From an uncultured Oscillospiraceae bacterium (lineage in GTDB: Bacteria; Bacillota; Clostridia; Oscillospirales; Oscillospiraceae), in the NCBI GenBank assembly GCA_934561515.1, contig CAKTGM010000018.1:1-32000 (forward strand): DNA of 32,000 nt. Reading direction: 5' to 3'. Shown piece by piece: positions 7,702 through 15,999 of this stretch. Every line of letters begins with the position of its first letter. Position 1 is the first letter of the stretch. A model generated the notes under the pieces. The model worked only from the letters and a program-made list of their open reading frames with translations, searched no databases and was not told the DNA's origin. A program made the translations under genes and the position numbers.

Positions 7702-8544
7702 TCAGTCTTTTTTGAAAAACGCCACAGCGACCACGCCGGGACCGGCGTGCGTGCCGATCACGCTGCACAGGAGCGTGGAGTCGAGCGTCTCCACCCTGCC
7801 CTGCCAGATATCGCGGCTGTCCTCCACATACTTTTTCAGGTAGGTATCGCTCAGGCCGCTGTAGCCCAGCAGGATCGGCTCGTCAAAGTCGATGCCGCCG
7901 CTCTCGCGGATCTTCTGCACGAGCAGGTTGTTGCCCTGCTTCGACCCTCTCGCCTTGCCGATGAGCTGGATCTCGCCGTCGACGACCGTGATAACGGGCT
8001 TGATGTTGAGAAGTCCGCCCGCAAAGGCAACGGTCTTGGAGATGCGCCCGCCTTTTTTGAGGTATTCGAGCGTATCGAGCAGTGCGACAAGGCAGACCTT
8101 CTCGCGCTTTTCGGCAAGCGCCGCGGCGATGACCGGCGCGTCCATGCCCTGCTGCACACATTCGAGCGCGTACTCCGCGAGGATGCCCGCGCCGATGGCC
8201 GCGCTCCTGCTGTCCACAACATAGATGTTGTCGTATTCCGCCGCGGCGATGCAGGCGGACTGATAGGTGCCGGAAAAGTCCGAGGCGATCGTCAGGACGA
8301 CCGCGCTGTCGCCCGCAGCCTGCACCGCGGCAAACTCCTTGTCGAAGGCCGCAGGCGTCGCCTGACTCGTCGTCGGCAGCTGGTCGCTCTCCACAAGGCG
8401 CTCATAAAAGCGCTGCTTGTCGATCGTCACGCCGTCGATGAATTCCTCGTCGCCGAAATGCACCGTCAGCGGGACGATGCGAAAGCGGTCCTTGATGCGC
8501 TCGGGCATATCGACCGTTGAATCCACAATGATCTGAACACTCAT
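7702..8544 (-). CDS. DegV-family fatty-acid-binding protein (FakB-like)
   Basis: 280 aa with the characteristic DegV N-terminus MSVQIIVDSTVDMP and typical overall length. A GGAGGAAC RBS is present. Confidence 0.9.
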   Translation of the reverse strand: MSVQIIVDSTVDMPERIKDRFRIVPLTVHFGDEEFIDGVTIDKQRFYERLVESDQLPTTSQATPAAFDKEFAAVQAAGDSAVVLTIASDFSGTYQSACIAAAEYDNIYVVDSRSAAIGAGILAEYALECVQQGMDAPVIAAALAEKREKVCLVALLDTLEYLKKGGRISKTVAFAGGLLNIKPVITVVDGEIQLIGKARGSKQGNNLLVQKIRESGGIDFDEPILLGYSGLSDTYLKKYVEDSRDIWQGRVETLDSTLLCSVIGTHAGPGVVAVAFFKKD

Positions 8545-8559
8545 GCTCTTGTTCCTCCG

Positions 8560-9036
8560 TTATTTTTCGCTCCGGGCGGCAGTGCCGCCCTCCGTTTTTC
8601 TGCCGCTGTAAATGCTCTCCAGATTGCCGCTGATGAGCGCAAGCGCGCGGTACAGCGTCTGCCGCTCCCGCTCGCTCAGCCCCTCGGACGCGGCATCCAC
8701 GATGCGTGTGCTCTTCTCTCCGATCGCGCATCCGACCGCTCTCCCCTTTTCCGTCAGGCGGAGAGGGCTTTTGTAGCGCTTTCCCGCGCCGCTCGCGCAG
8801 GTGATGTAGCCGTTTTTCTCAAGGTCATCCAGCGAGCGGGAGATGGCCGCCTTGTCCTCGTCACAGCGCTCGCACAGCTCCGCGGCCGTCATCTCTCCGC
8901 AGCGCGAGAGGTAGTAGAGGCACGACACGTGCGGCCCCTTGAGCCCGAACTCCGCCATTTCCTCCGCCTTGATGCGCTTGATGCTGCGGCTGATGCGCGC
9001 GATCAGAACGGTAAAGGTCTCGAAGCGCTCCTCCAT
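8560..9036 (-). CDS. MarR-family transcriptional regulator
   Basis: A winged-HTH MarR pattern (GPHVSCLYYLSRCGEMTAAELCERCDEDKAAISRSLDDLEKNGYI). The start was set to the ATG at 9036 after GGAGGG. The gene ends 15 nt upstream of degV. Confidence 0.85.
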   Translation of the reverse strand: MEERFETFTVLIARISRSIKRIKAEEMAEFGLKGPHVSCLYYLSRCGEMTAAELCERCDEDKAAISRSLDDLEKNGYITCASGAGKRYKSPLRLTEKGRAVGCAIGEKSTRIVDAASEGLSERERQTLYRALALISGNLESIYSGRKTEGGTAARSEK

Positions 9037-9059
9037 GGCTGCGCCCTCCTTCCACTTAT

Positions 9060-9118
9060 TTGTTGACAAATCAACAAGCTTGCCCATCATAGCGCATTGT
9101 TGTTGATTTGTCAACAAG
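9060..9118 (-). promoter_or_regulatory. marR promoter with two palindromic operator boxes
   Basis: TTGTTGACAAATCAACAAG (9060-9078) recurs as its exact reverse complement TTGTTGATTTGTCAACAAG (9100-9118). On the minus strand, TTGACA (9114-9109), a 17 nt spacer and TATGAT (9091-9086) form a promoter. One box covers the -35 element and the other lies just downstream of the -10. Confidence 0.55.
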
Positions 9119-9125
9119 TTTTTAT

Positions 9126-9162
9126 CAAAAAAGGAGGCTGTCCGCTTGTCGGACGGCCTCCT
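9126..9162 (-). terminator. Terminator of the SNF transporter gene
   Basis: Stem AGGAGGCTGTCCG / CGGACGGCCTCCT with one G-U pair, followed on the minus strand by TTTTTT. It lies about 20 nt after the stop at 9183. Confidence 0.7.
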
Positions 9163-9182
9163 TCTCAGTCAGGCAGGATCAC

Positions 9183-10505
9183 TCAGAACGAAACGTGCAT
9201 GAAAAGCGCCACGCAGCACAGGATGAGCGCGAACGGCACATAGACATAGCGCCCCACGTTGTACCACAGCGCGCCGCGCGTCTTCTTGCTGCCGGTGTTC
9301 ACCGCAGCGAGCAGCTCGTCCTTTTTCATCACGTAGAACCACGAGATCGCGCCGAGCGTTGCGCCGATGGGGATGATGTAGATGGAGACGAGGTCCATCC
9401 ACGGTCCCCACTTGCTGATCGGCTCCATAAAGATGCCGATGCCGAGGCACAGCACGCACAAAAGCGCCAGCACCGCCGTGCGGCTGAGCTTGGGGAACTT
9501 GTGCAGCAGCGACTCCGCCACCGCCTCGAACATATTTTGCAGCGAGCTGATGCCCGCGAAGATCATCGCAAGGTAGAGGATGATGGCGAACAGCCGACCC
9601 AGCGGGATATCCTGCAAGATGGTCGGCAGCGTGACAAACAGCAGGCTCGGCCCCGCGCCGACATCCAGCCCGTAGGAAAAGCACGCCGGGATGATGACAA
9701 GCGCTGCGACCACGGCGGCGATGGTGTCAAAGAGCGCCGTGTGCTGCGCCACGCCGACCACGTCCTCACCCTCGGAAAGATACGCGCCGTAGACGATCAT
9801 GCCGCTGCCCGTGACGGAGAGTGAGAAGAAGGCCTGCCCCATCGCCCAGATCCAGATCATCGGGTCCTTGAGCGCTTCCCAGCGCGGCGTGAACATGAAG
9901 CGGTAGCCCTCGCTCACGCCCGGCAGCATCGCAACGCGCACCGCAAGGATGAGGAAGATGACAAAAAAGAGCGGCATCATGATCTTGTTCGTCTTTTCGA
10001 TGCTGCGCGCGCCCAGATAGAGCGTCAGCAGCGTGCCCACGACCACGATCACATGATAGGGGACGACAGAATAGGGCGTGGAGGAAAACGTGCCGAACCA
10101 CGCGCCCGCATCAATGCTCATGAGCGTGCCGACGAGCGAATCCACCAGCGCCTTCAGGATATAGGTGACGATGACCGCGTAGCCGAGCGCGATGCACAGC
10201 GAGCCCGCAAGCGGCAGCCACGCAAGAAGGCCGCCGGTCTTCCCCATGCGCTCGCCGCGCGTGGCCCACGCCTTTTCATAAGAGCCGAGCGTGCCGGTCG
10301 CCGCGCGGCGGCCCACTGCAAACTCCGCAGGCAGCCCTACGTAGCTGAAAATGAAAATGAAGAGCAGGTAGATCAGCAAAAACGCCCCGCCGCCGTTGCT
10401 GCCGAGCTTGTTGGGAAAGCCCCACACGTTCGCCATGCCGACCGCCGAGCCGACCGACGCCAAAATAAAGCCCCAGCGGCTCGCAAAGTTCTTTGAAGTC
10501 TTCAT
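9183..10505 (-). CDS. Sodium-dependent transporter, SNF (neurotransmitter:sodium symporter) family
   Basis: SNF signature RWGFILASVGSAVGMANVWGFPNKLGSNGGGAFL and about 11-12 TM segments. The start was set to the ATG at 10505 (MKTSKNF) after GGGAGA. The track's 95-aa N-terminal extension runs into the rplL terminator. Confidence 0.85.
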   Translation of the reverse strand: MKTSKNFASRWGFILASVGSAVGMANVWGFPNKLGSNGGGAFLLIYLLFIFIFSYVGLPAEFAVGRRAATGTLGSYEKAWATRGERMGKTGGLLAWLPLAGSLCIALGYAVIVTYILKALVDSLVGTLMSIDAGAWFGTFSSTPYSVVPYHVIVVVGTLLTLYLGARSIEKTNKIMMPLFFVIFLILAVRVAMLPGVSEGYRFMFTPRWEALKDPMIWIWAMGQAFFSLSVTGSGMIVYGAYLSEGEDVVGVAQHTALFDTIAAVVAALVIIPACFSYGLDVGAGPSLLFVTLPTILQDIPLGRLFAIILYLAMIFAGISSLQNMFEAVAESLLHKFPKLSRTAVLALLCVLCLGIGIFMEPISKWGPWMDLVSIYIIPIGATLGAISWFYVMKKDELLAAVNTGSKKTRGALWYNVGRYVYVPFALILCCVALFMHVSF

Positions 10506-10608
10506 CGTTTCTCCCATCTCAGCGAAAAAAGAAGCGCGCAAGCGATCAAGGCCCGCGCGATCCATTCGCCTCTTTCTATTGCATACCCGCTCCCGCGGGA
10601 TTTTATTC

Positions 10609-10637
10609 ATCATAAAGCGCGAGCGGCCAAATGTCAA
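10609..10637 (-). promoter_or_regulatory. Candidate promoter for the SNF transporter
   Basis: On the minus strand: TTGACA (10637-10632), 17 nt spacer, TATGAT (10614-10609). This leaves a leader of about 95 nt. Confidence 0.45.
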
Positions 10638-10675
10638 GCCCTTCCGCGCGCATCCGGTGCAGTGTGCGGTGAAAC

Positions 10676-10710
10676 AAAAAATGCCCGTGTCATCAGACAC
10701 GGGCATTTTT
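10676..10710 (-). terminator. Terminator of the rplJL operon
   Basis: Stem ATGCCCGTGTC / GACACGGGCAT with a 4-nt loop, flanked by A and T runs. It lies about 20 nt after the rplL stop. Confidence 0.8.
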
Positions 10711-10731
10711 GAACGTGAGGTGCAAGTATAA

Positions 10732-11103
10732 TTACTTGAGCTCGACCTTCGCGCCAGCCTCTTCGAGCTGCTTCTTGAAGTTCTCGGCATCCTCCTTGGA
10801 CACGCCCTCCTTCAGAGCCTTCGGAGCGGACTCGACGAAAGCCTTGGCCTCGGCCAGACCCAGACCGGCGATCTCGCGGACAGCCTTGATGACCTTGATC
10901 TTGGCAGCAGCATCGAAACCGGCGAGGACGACGTCGAACTCGGTCTTCTCCTCGGCAGCGGGAGCAGCAGCGCCGGCAGCGGGAGCGGCCATAGCGGCGG
11001 CGGAAACGCCGAACTCTTCCTCGAGAGCGTGGACGAGCTCAGAGAGCTCCAGGACGGTAAGGCCCTTGATTTCTTCGATCATAGCGGTAACTTTCTCGCT
11101 CAT
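10732..11103 (-). CDS. rplL: 50S ribosomal protein L7/L12
   Basis: 123 aa with an Ala-rich hinge ([18 protein letters not shown]) and the conserved C-terminal domain ([19 protein letters not shown]). A GGAGG RBS is present. Confidence 0.97.
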   Translation of the reverse strand: MSEKVTAMIEEIKGLTVLELSELVHALEEEFGVSAAAMAAPAAGAAAPAAEEKTEFDVVLAGFDAAAKIKVIKAVREIAGLGLAEAKAFVESAPKALKEGVSKEDAENFKKQLEEAGAKVELK

Positions 11104-11161
11104 TGTAATGATCCTCCTGATTTAAGATATTTGTTTTAAGTTAGGTATTGGGTGCAGACGA

Positions 11162-11686
11162 TTACTCTGCGGCGGGAGCTTCCTCGGCGGGAGCGCCGTT
11201 CTTCTCGGCGATCTGCTTGAGGACGCAAGCGAGGCCCGAGATGGGGGCCAGCATGGTGCCCAGCACCTGCGCCTGCAGGACGGGCAGCGCGGGGATAGCG
11301 GCCAGCGCGTTGATGGTGGCCATGTCGACGACCTTGCCTTCCATGAAGCCGCCCTTGATCTCGAACTTACCGTTGAGCTTCTTGGCATACTCGGCGATCA
11401 CGCGCGCGGGAGCGACGGGATCGGCAGCGATGGCAAGAGACGTGGTACCGTTCAACTGATCATCGAGCTCGCTGAGGCCGACGTTGTTGAAAGCAAAGCG
11501 GAGCAGGGTGTTCTTAACAACAGCGTACTCGACCTCGTTCTTACGGCACTCGGCACGGAGAGCAGTGTCCTCCGCGACGGTGATGCCCTTGTAATCAACG
11601 ATGACGCCGGCCGCTGCGCCCTGCAGCTTCTCGGTCAGGGAAGCCACGATCGCCTGCTTTTCAGACAGAACTTTTGCGTTAGGCAT
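11162..11686 (-). CDS. rplJ: 50S ribosomal protein L10
   Basis: 174 aa with typical L10 sequence, located directly upstream of rplL. A GGAGGTG RBS is present. Confidence 0.95.
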   Translation of the reverse strand: MPNAKVLSEKQAIVASLTEKLQGAAAGVIVDYKGITVAEDTALRAECRKNEVEYAVVKNTLLRFAFNNVGLSELDDQLNGTTSLAIAADPVAPARVIAEYAKKLNGKFEIKGGFMEGKVVDMATINALAAIPALPVLQAQVLGTMLAPISGLACVLKQIAEKNGAPAEEAPAAE

Positions 11687-11868
11687 TTTCTTGATTTCAC
11701 CTCCGTTGGATTTTGCGGCACGCCCCGCGTGCCATGGGAAAGAGGCGTTCTAAAAAAGGAAACCGTCCTCATGCGGGCATGAGGACGGTAAAGCAATCAA
11801 TCACTGTTTGCCATCCTCGGCAGGATTTATGAGGCTAGCCTCACCTGCTGTCTTTGGAACGCTCTGAT
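11687..11868 (-). promoter_or_regulatory. rplJ 5' leader (L10-leader type) with an intrinsic attenuator hairpin
   Basis: A 180-nt untranslated leader lies between the promoter and rplJ. On the minus strand the hairpin ACCGTCCTCATGCCCGCATGAGGACGGT (11762-11789) is followed by TTCCTTTTTT, about 65 nt before the start codon. Confidence 0.55.
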
Positions 11869-11897
11869 AGTATATCCAAGGCTGACGGAATTGTCAA
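11869..11897 (-). promoter_or_regulatory. rplJL promoter
   Basis: On the minus strand: TTGACA (11897-11892), 17 nt spacer, TATACT (11874-11869). Confidence 0.6.
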
Positions 11898-11925
11898 CCC
11901 CAAATATCGCGTTCTGCGAAGAAAA

Positions 11926-12615
11926 TTAGATCTTAGCAGCGTTCATCTTGACGCCGGGGCCCATGGTGGAGGCAGCGACGCAGGACTTGATATACTGGCC
12001 CTTGGCAGCGGCGGGCTTGGCCTTGAGGATCGCGCCCATGAGAGCATTGAAGTTCTCGGTGAGCTTCTCGGGGCCGAAGGAAACCTTGCCGATGGGGCAG
12101 TGGATGATGTTGGTCTTGTCGAGACGATACTCGACCTTACCGGCCTTGGACTCCTGAACAGCCTTGGCAACATCGGGAGTGACAGTACCGGCCTTCGGGG
12201 AGGGCATCAGGCCCTTGGGGCCGAGGACCTTACCGAGACGGCCGACGAGACCCATCATGTCGGGGGAAGCGACGACGACGTCGAAGTCGAACCAGTTTTC
12301 CTTCTGGATCTTCTCGACGAGGTCCATCTCGCCAACGTAGTCGGCGCCGGCAGCCTTGGCAGCCTCGGCCTTGTCGCCCTTGGCGAAAACGAGAACGCGA
12401 ACGTTCTTGCCCGTGCCGTTGGGGAGGACGATGGCGCCGCGGACCTGCTGGTCGGCGTGGCGGGAGTCGACGCCCAGCTTGACGTGGAGTTCGACGGTCT
12501 CGTCGAACTTCGCGGAAGCGGTCTTGCAGATCAGGCCGAAGCCCTCTGCGGCGTCATACTGAGTGTTCTTTTCGATCTGCTTGGCAGCATCCTGATACTT
12601 TTTACCTCTAAACAT
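11926..12615 (-). CDS. rplA: 50S ribosomal protein L1
   Basis: 229 aa with canonical L1 sequence (HVKLGVD.R..DQ.VRG...LP.GTGK). A GGAGGGTG RBS is present. It lies 14 nt after rplK. Confidence 0.97.
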   Translation of the reverse strand: MFRGKKYQDAAKQIEKNTQYDAAEGFGLICKTASAKFDETVELHVKLGVDSRHADQQVRGAIVLPNGTGKNVRVLVFAKGDKAEAAKAAGADYVGEMDLVEKIQKENWFDFDVVVASPDMMGLVGRLGKVLGPKGLMPSPKAGTVTPDVAKAVQESKAGKVEYRLDKTNIIHCPIGKVSFGPEKLTENFNALMGAILKAKPAAAKGQYIKSCVAASTMGPGVKMNAAKI

Positions 12616-12629
12616 TGTTCACACCCTCC

Positions 12630-13055
12630 TTATTCTTCGACGACAACGCCCATGGAGCGTGCGGTACCGGCGATCATGCTCATCGCAGACTCAAGCGTGC
12701 TCGCGTTGAGATCGCGCATCTTCATCTCAGCGATCTTCTGGACGGAAGCCTTGGAAATGGTGGCGACCTTCGTCTTGTTGGGGACGCCGGAGCCGGACTC
12801 GATGTTGCATTCCTTCTTGATCAGGACCGGAGCGGGAGGGGTCTTGGTAACAAAGGAGAAGGAACGGTCGGCGTACACCGTGATGACAACGGGGATGATA
12901 AGACCCATGTCATTCTTGGTGCGCTCGTTGAATTCCTTCGTGAACGCAGCGATGTTGACGCCGTGCTGACCGAGCGCGGGGCCAACGGGGGGTGCGGGAG
13001 TTGCTTTGCCTGCAGGGATCTGCAGCTTAACGTAACCGGTGATCTTCTGTGCCAT
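12630..13055 (-). CDS. rplK: 50S ribosomal protein L11
   Basis: 141 aa starting [35 protein letters not shown]. The start was set to the ATG at 13055 after AAGGAGGTG. The track's upstream extension was discarded. Confidence 0.97.
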   Translation of the reverse strand: MAQKITGYVKLQIPAGKATPAPPVGPALGQHGVNIAAFTKEFNERTKNDMGLIIPVVITVYADRSFSFVTKTPPAPVLIKKECNIESGSGVPNKTKVATISKASVQKIAEMKMRDLNASTLESAMSMIAGTARSMGVVVEE

Positions 13056-13173
13056 AAGAGGCACCTCCTTAATATTGATGTGGTAACGACCGGCAATTCC
13101 GGCCGCCCTTGGCGAGACGCGCAGCGTCTCTCCCACGTTTGCCGCTTTCGCGGCTCATCGCTTCTGGCGGTGA

Positions 13174-13704
13174 TTACGATTCCACCACTTCGACCTGATC
13201 GAGCTCGAGCTCGACCGGCGTTTCGCGCCCGAACATGGACACGACCACGCACACTCTGTTCTTCTCTGCGTCGATCTCTTCGACCGTACCGAGGAAGGAC
13301 GAAAGCGGGCCGTCGGTGATCTTGACCTGATCGCCGACATTGTAGCGCACCACGATCTCGCGGCGCTCCATGCCGAGGGCCAGGACTTCCTCTTCCGAGA
13401 GGGGGATGGGTTCATTGTTCGCCGTGCCGACAAAGCCGGTCACACCGCGAATGTTGCGGATCAGATGCCAGGTGTCGTCCGTCATGATCATCTTGACGAG
13501 CACGTAGCCCGGGAAGACCTTGCGCTCGACTTCCTTCATCTCGCCCGAATCGGTCACTTCCGTGACGGTCTCCAGCGGGATCTGGATGTCGAGGATCATA
13601 TCCTCCAGATGGCGGTTGGCGACGAACTTCTCGATGGCGGTCTTGACTGCGTTTTCATAGCCGGAGTAAGTATGCGCGACATACCACTTAGCATTATCAG
13701 CCAT
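13174..13704 (-). CDS. nusG: Transcription termination/antitermination factor NusG
   Basis: 176 aa with an NGN domain (KWYVAHTYSGYENAVK) and a C-terminal KOW motif (GDQVKITDGPLSSFLGTVEEI). It occupies the conserved position between secE and rplK. Confidence 0.95.
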   Translation of the reverse strand: MADNAKWYVAHTYSGYENAVKTAIEKFVANRHLEDMILDIQIPLETVTEVTDSGEMKEVERKVFPGYVLVKMIMTDDTWHLIRNIRGVTGFVGTANNEPIPLSEEEVLALGMERREIVVRYNVGDQVKITDGPLSSFLGTVEEIDAEKNRVCVVVSMFGRETPVELELDQVEVVES

Positions 13705-13717
13705 GACTGCTCTCCTG

Positions 13718-13927
13718 TTAGCCCGCGAGGCCGATCAGCAGACCAACTGCGGAAACGGCGACATAGTCGAAGATCCAGATGCAGGCGCCGACGACGAGGG
13801 AGCACAGCAGCACAGTGCCGGTGTTCTTCGCGGTGGAGGATGCAGTGGGCCATACGACCTTTTTCAGTTCGCTTCTCATTTCACGGAACCATTTGGTGCG
13901 GTCCTTTTTCTTCTTTTCTTCTGCCAT
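13718..13927 (-). CDS. secE: Preprotein translocase subunit SecE
   Basis: 69 aa with a basic N-terminus, the motif FREMRSELKKVVWP and a single C-terminal TM. It sits in the conserved rpmG-secE-nusG context. Confidence 0.9.
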   Translation of the reverse strand: MAEEKKKKDRTKWFREMRSELKKVVWPTASSTAKNTGTVLLCSLVVGACIWIFDYVAVSAVGLLIGLAG

Positions 13928-13947
13928 TTTTCAACAACCTTTCCTAA

Positions 13948-14097
13948 TTACTTGGTTTCGGTGTGGACGGTGTGCTTCTTGCAGAAGGGGCAGTACTTGT
14001 TCAGCTCAAGCTTGTCCGGGGTGTTCTTCTTGTTCTTCATCGTGTTGTAGTTTCTCTGCTTGCACTCGTTGCATCTGAGCGTGATCTTAATGCGCAT
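13948..14097 (-). CDS. rpmG: 50S ribosomal protein L33
   Basis: Hand-translated 49-aa ORF, not in the track: [49 protein letters not shown]. It has a CxxC...CxxC zinc ribbon and a GGAGG RBS. Confidence 0.9.
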   Translation of the reverse strand: MRIKITLRCNECKQRNYNTMKNKKNTPDKLELNKYCPFCKKHTVHTETK

Positions 14098-14243
14098 CTA
14101 ACGGCACCTCCTTATTTACTCAGTCCCGAGCAGTGTCGGAACTGGCGATTGCCTCCCTGCTTTCAAATTAAAGGGGCGCTCTCCCCCGCGCGCCGAGAAG
14201 CGAATGCGCGCAAAAAGAAAGCCCTCTTCCACAGGTAAGTACG

Positions 14244-14273
14244 ATAATAACACAAGCCCCATTCGTCCGTCAA
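14244..14273 (-). promoter_or_regulatory. Candidate promoter of the rpmG-secE-nusG operon
   Basis: On the minus strand: TTGACG (14273-14268), 18 nt spacer, TATTAT (14249-14244), with an extended TGT just upstream of the -10. This gives a leader of about 140 nt to rpmG. Confidence 0.45.
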
Positions 14274-14398
14274 GTGTTTTTTGAACGATTTTGCGGAAAA
14301 TCTGTGCTGTTTTGCGTCCTTTCCCCTTTTTTTCTCCCCGCGTGGGCCGCTTGACGGGTATTTTGCGCCTCTGCCCCATCTTCCCGCGTGCCTCGCGC

Positions 14399-14427
14399 TT
14401 GCTTTTCTTCCCAAAATCCTGTATGCT
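14399..14427 (+). promoter_or_regulatory. Candidate ruvX promoter
   Basis: TTGCTT, 17 nt spacer, TATGCT, about 35 nt upstream of the ruvX start. Confidence 0.35.
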
Positions 14428-14463
14428 GGCAGAAAAGAAACACGTTTGCAGGAGGCATTTTTT

Positions 14464-14883
14464 ATGAAGATCATGGCCATCGACTACGGCGACGCGCACA
14501 CCGGCGTTGCGATCTCCGACCGCACGCTGACGCTCACCGGCTTTTCGACCGTCATCACCGCCTACCGGCCCGAGGCCGTCATCGAAAAGCTGCTGCCGCT
14601 CATCTCAGAGCACGAGGTGGGCGAGCTGGTGCTCGGTCACCCGCTCAACATGGACGGCACGCGCGGGCCGCGCGCGGAAAAGGCCGAGGGCTTTGCCGCG
14701 CTTCTGCGCGAGGCCACGTCGCTCCCCGTTACACTCTGGGACGAGCGGCGCACGACCGTCGATGCGCACAATATTTTACTGAACAACGGCAAGCGCGCCA
14801 AGGAGCGCAAGAAAACCGTCGACGCCGTGGCAGCGAGTCTGATGCTCGAAGGCTATCTTACCTTCAAAAAACGCCGGCAGTAA
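14464..14883 (+). CDS. ruvX: Holliday junction resolvase-like / pre-16S rRNA nuclease RuvX (YqgF)
   Basis: 139 aa beginning MKIMAIDYGDAHTGVAISD, with the LGHPLNMDGT motif. An AGGAGG RBS is present. The track ORF begins further upstream with no RBS. Confidence 0.9.
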   Translation: MKIMAIDYGDAHTGVAISDRTLTLTGFSTVITAYRPEAVIEKLLPLISEHEVGELVLGHPLNMDGTRGPRAEKAEGFAALLREATSLPVTLWDERRTTVDAHNILLNNGKRAKERKKTVDAVAASLMLEGYLTFKKRRQ

Positions 14884-14894
14884 TACATCTCTTC

Positions 14895-14933
14895 AAAAAA
14901 GCGCTTTTGCGGTGTTCCGCAAAAGCGCTTTTT
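14895..14933. terminator. Bidirectional terminator between ruvX and the threonine-aldolase-family gene
   Basis: Stem AAAAGCGCTTTTGCGG / CCGCAAAAGCGCTTTT with a 4-nt loop, flanked by an A-run and a T-run. Confidence 0.8.
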
Positions 14934-14954
14934 CTTATTTCTCTATCGCTCCGC

Positions 14955-15980
14955 TCACAGCAGCGCGATGAGCGCGTCCACGTCCTCGCTGCGCGTGGCC
15001 CAGGAGGTACAAAGGCGCATGACCGTGTGGGTATCGTCAAACTTCTCTGTAAAGCCCATTGCGACCTGCCGCTCCAGCTCTTTGATCTGCGCATTTTCCA
15101 GCACGACGAAGATCTGGTTCGTCGGGTTCTCGCAAAAGAGGCGATATCCCTTCTCGCGCAGCGCAGCGCGGATGCGCTCCGCCGTCTCGATGGCGTTGCG
15201 GCTGATCTTCTCATAAAGTCCGTCGGTGAAGAGCGTATCGAACTGTATGCCGAGAAGCCGTCCCTTGGCGAGCAGCGCGCCGTGCTGCTTTGCAACGGTG
15301 AGGAAGTGCGCGGGCATCCCGCCGTGCGGGAAGACGACTGCCTCGCCGCACAGCGCGCCGACCTTTGTGCCGCCGATGTAGAAAACATCCGTCAGCGCGG
15401 CGATGTCGCGCAGGGTCACGTCCGTTCCGGCGGCAGCAAGGCCGTAGCCAAGGCGCGCGCCGTCAAGAAAGAGCGGAATGTGATACGCCGCGCAGACCTC
15501 GTGCAGCGCGGCAAGCTCCGCCTTCGTGTAGAGCGTGCCGTACTCGCTCGGGTGCGAGATGTACACCGCGCCGGGAAAGACCATGTGGGTGTAGTTCCCG
15601 TCGCCGTAGAAGGTCTCCACATATTCCCGCACCGTTTCTGCCGAGAGCTTGCCGTCCGTGTGCTTCAGCGCGAGCACCTTGTGCCCGCCGTGCTCGATGG
15701 CGCCGGCCTCGTGGACGTTGACGTGTCCGCTCTCGGCGGCGATCACGCCGTCGTAGGAGCGCAGCAGCGAATCGAGCACGACCTGATTGGTCTGCGTGCC
15801 GCCGACGAGGAAGAAGATCTCCGCCTCCGGGCAGCCGATGGCGGTGCGGATCTTCTCCTTGGCGCGCTCGCAGTAATGGTCGGAGCCATAGCCCGCGAGC
15901 TGCTCAAAATTGGTCTCATTCAGGCGCTCTAAAATTTTCGGGTGTGCGCCCTCGGAATAATCGTTGACAAAGGACAGCAT
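14955..15980 (-). CDS. PLP-dependent threonine aldolase family / beta-eliminating lyase protein
   Basis: 341 aa with N-terminal FVNDYSEGAHPKILERL...GYGSDHY and a PLP-lysine context of YIGGTKVGA. A GGGAGGG RBS is present. Confidence 0.75.
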   Translation of the reverse strand: MLSFVNDYSEGAHPKILERLNETNFEQLAGYGSDHYCERAKEKIRTAIGCPEAEIFFLVGGTQTNQVVLDSLLRSYDGVIAAESGHVNVHEAGAIEHGGHKVLALKHTDGKLSAETVREYVETFYGDGNYTHMVFPGAVYISHPSEYGTLYTKAELAALHEVCAAYHIPLFLDGARLGYGLAAAGTDVTLRDIAALTDVFYIGGTKVGALCGEAVVFPHGGMPAHFLTVAKQHGALLAKGRLLGIQFDTLFTDGLYEKISRNAIETAERIRAALREKGYRLFCENPTNQIFVVLENAQIKELERQVAMGFTEKFDDTHTVMRLCTSWATRSEDVDALIALL

Positions 15981-15999
15981 ATATGTCCCTCCCGCTTCT

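Noticed and set aside
9183-10790. Long N-terminal extensions given by the track for the SNF transporter. The same problem affects the ORFs at 5855-7564, 8560-9117, 12630-13136, 16000-18816 and 29190-30389
   Set aside because: The extensions run through terminators, promoters or upstream genes and lack RBSs. In each case an internal ATG with a good Shine-Dalgarno and a family-typical N-terminus was chosen instead.
11854-12969. 371-aa plus-strand ORF across rplA and rplK
   Set aside because: It lies opposite two canonical ribosomal protein genes. The product is Gly/Asp/Leu-rich and low in complexity.
14388-15932. 514-aa plus-strand ORF overlapping ruvX and the aldolase-family gene
   Set aside because: It is out of frame with the genuine ruvX and antisense to the PLP enzyme gene. 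The composition is Arg/Ala-rich.
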